Positions 63,781 to 64,000 of a stretch of DNA of 64,000 nucleotides are shown here, piece by piece. Below the pieces are notes generated by a model that was not told the DNA's origin, did not search any database, and was given only the letters and a program-made list of their open reading frames with translations. The DNA comes from Camelus ferus. Its lineage: Eukaryota. Each line of letters starts with the position of its first letter. Position 1 is the stretch's first letter. Where the stretch lies: the NCBI RefSeq assembly GCF_009834535.1, contig NC_045697.1, positions 112,718,001-112,782,000 of the forward strand. Reading direction: 5' to 3'. The translations under genes and the position numbers were made by a program.

Positions 63781-64000
63781 ATGACTTTAAATCTGTGCTT
63801 ATCTCTTTTTAGGACTCTTTTTGTTAAGATGTTTCCAGTCTTCATCCTCTTCTTGGTGTCCCATTTGTACTGTCATCATGACCACCAGCACCATCACCCC
63901 AACAGTGAATGAGTATGCTAGACACTATATTTAAATGCTTCAGATGGATTATTTCATTTAAATTTTTATAAAAGCCAGAGATCAGATACATTTTAGAGTT

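Noticed and set aside
1..64000. CRISPR arrays, operons, rRNA or other prokaryote-type systems
   Set aside because: The sequence is clearly mammalian; no regularly spaced repeats or gene-dense structure were seen.

Overview
Mammalian, AT-rich and CpG-depleted non-coding DNA, most likely from a camelid (alpaca/llama/camel). That inference rests on seven monomers of a tRNA-Ala-derived SINE resembling the camelid Vic-1 family. I recognise no protein-coding gene: the ORF track is explained by decayed L1/Tigger reading frames, microsatellites or chance. A large share of the window is interspersed repeat: young 5'-truncated L1s, old L1M/L2/MIR, four ERV1-type solo LTRs, MaLR LTRs and hAT/Tigger MITEs. 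One near-full-length Tigger1 is split by an L1 and itself sits inside an older L1. Repeat-free blocks with retained CpGs and developmental TF motifs look like conserved enhancers of a gene desert or very large intron. The most notable observations are a compound L1 insertion (TSD + about 170 bp of non-L1 filler + inversion + possible 3' transduction), the three-level L1>Tigger1>L1 nest, a strong CTCF motif and two candidate minus-strand micro-exons. I find no convincing evidence of a new biological system. Repeat family names are from memory of consensus sequences and boundaries of old repeats are approximate; both need RepeatMasker/Dfam confirmation.
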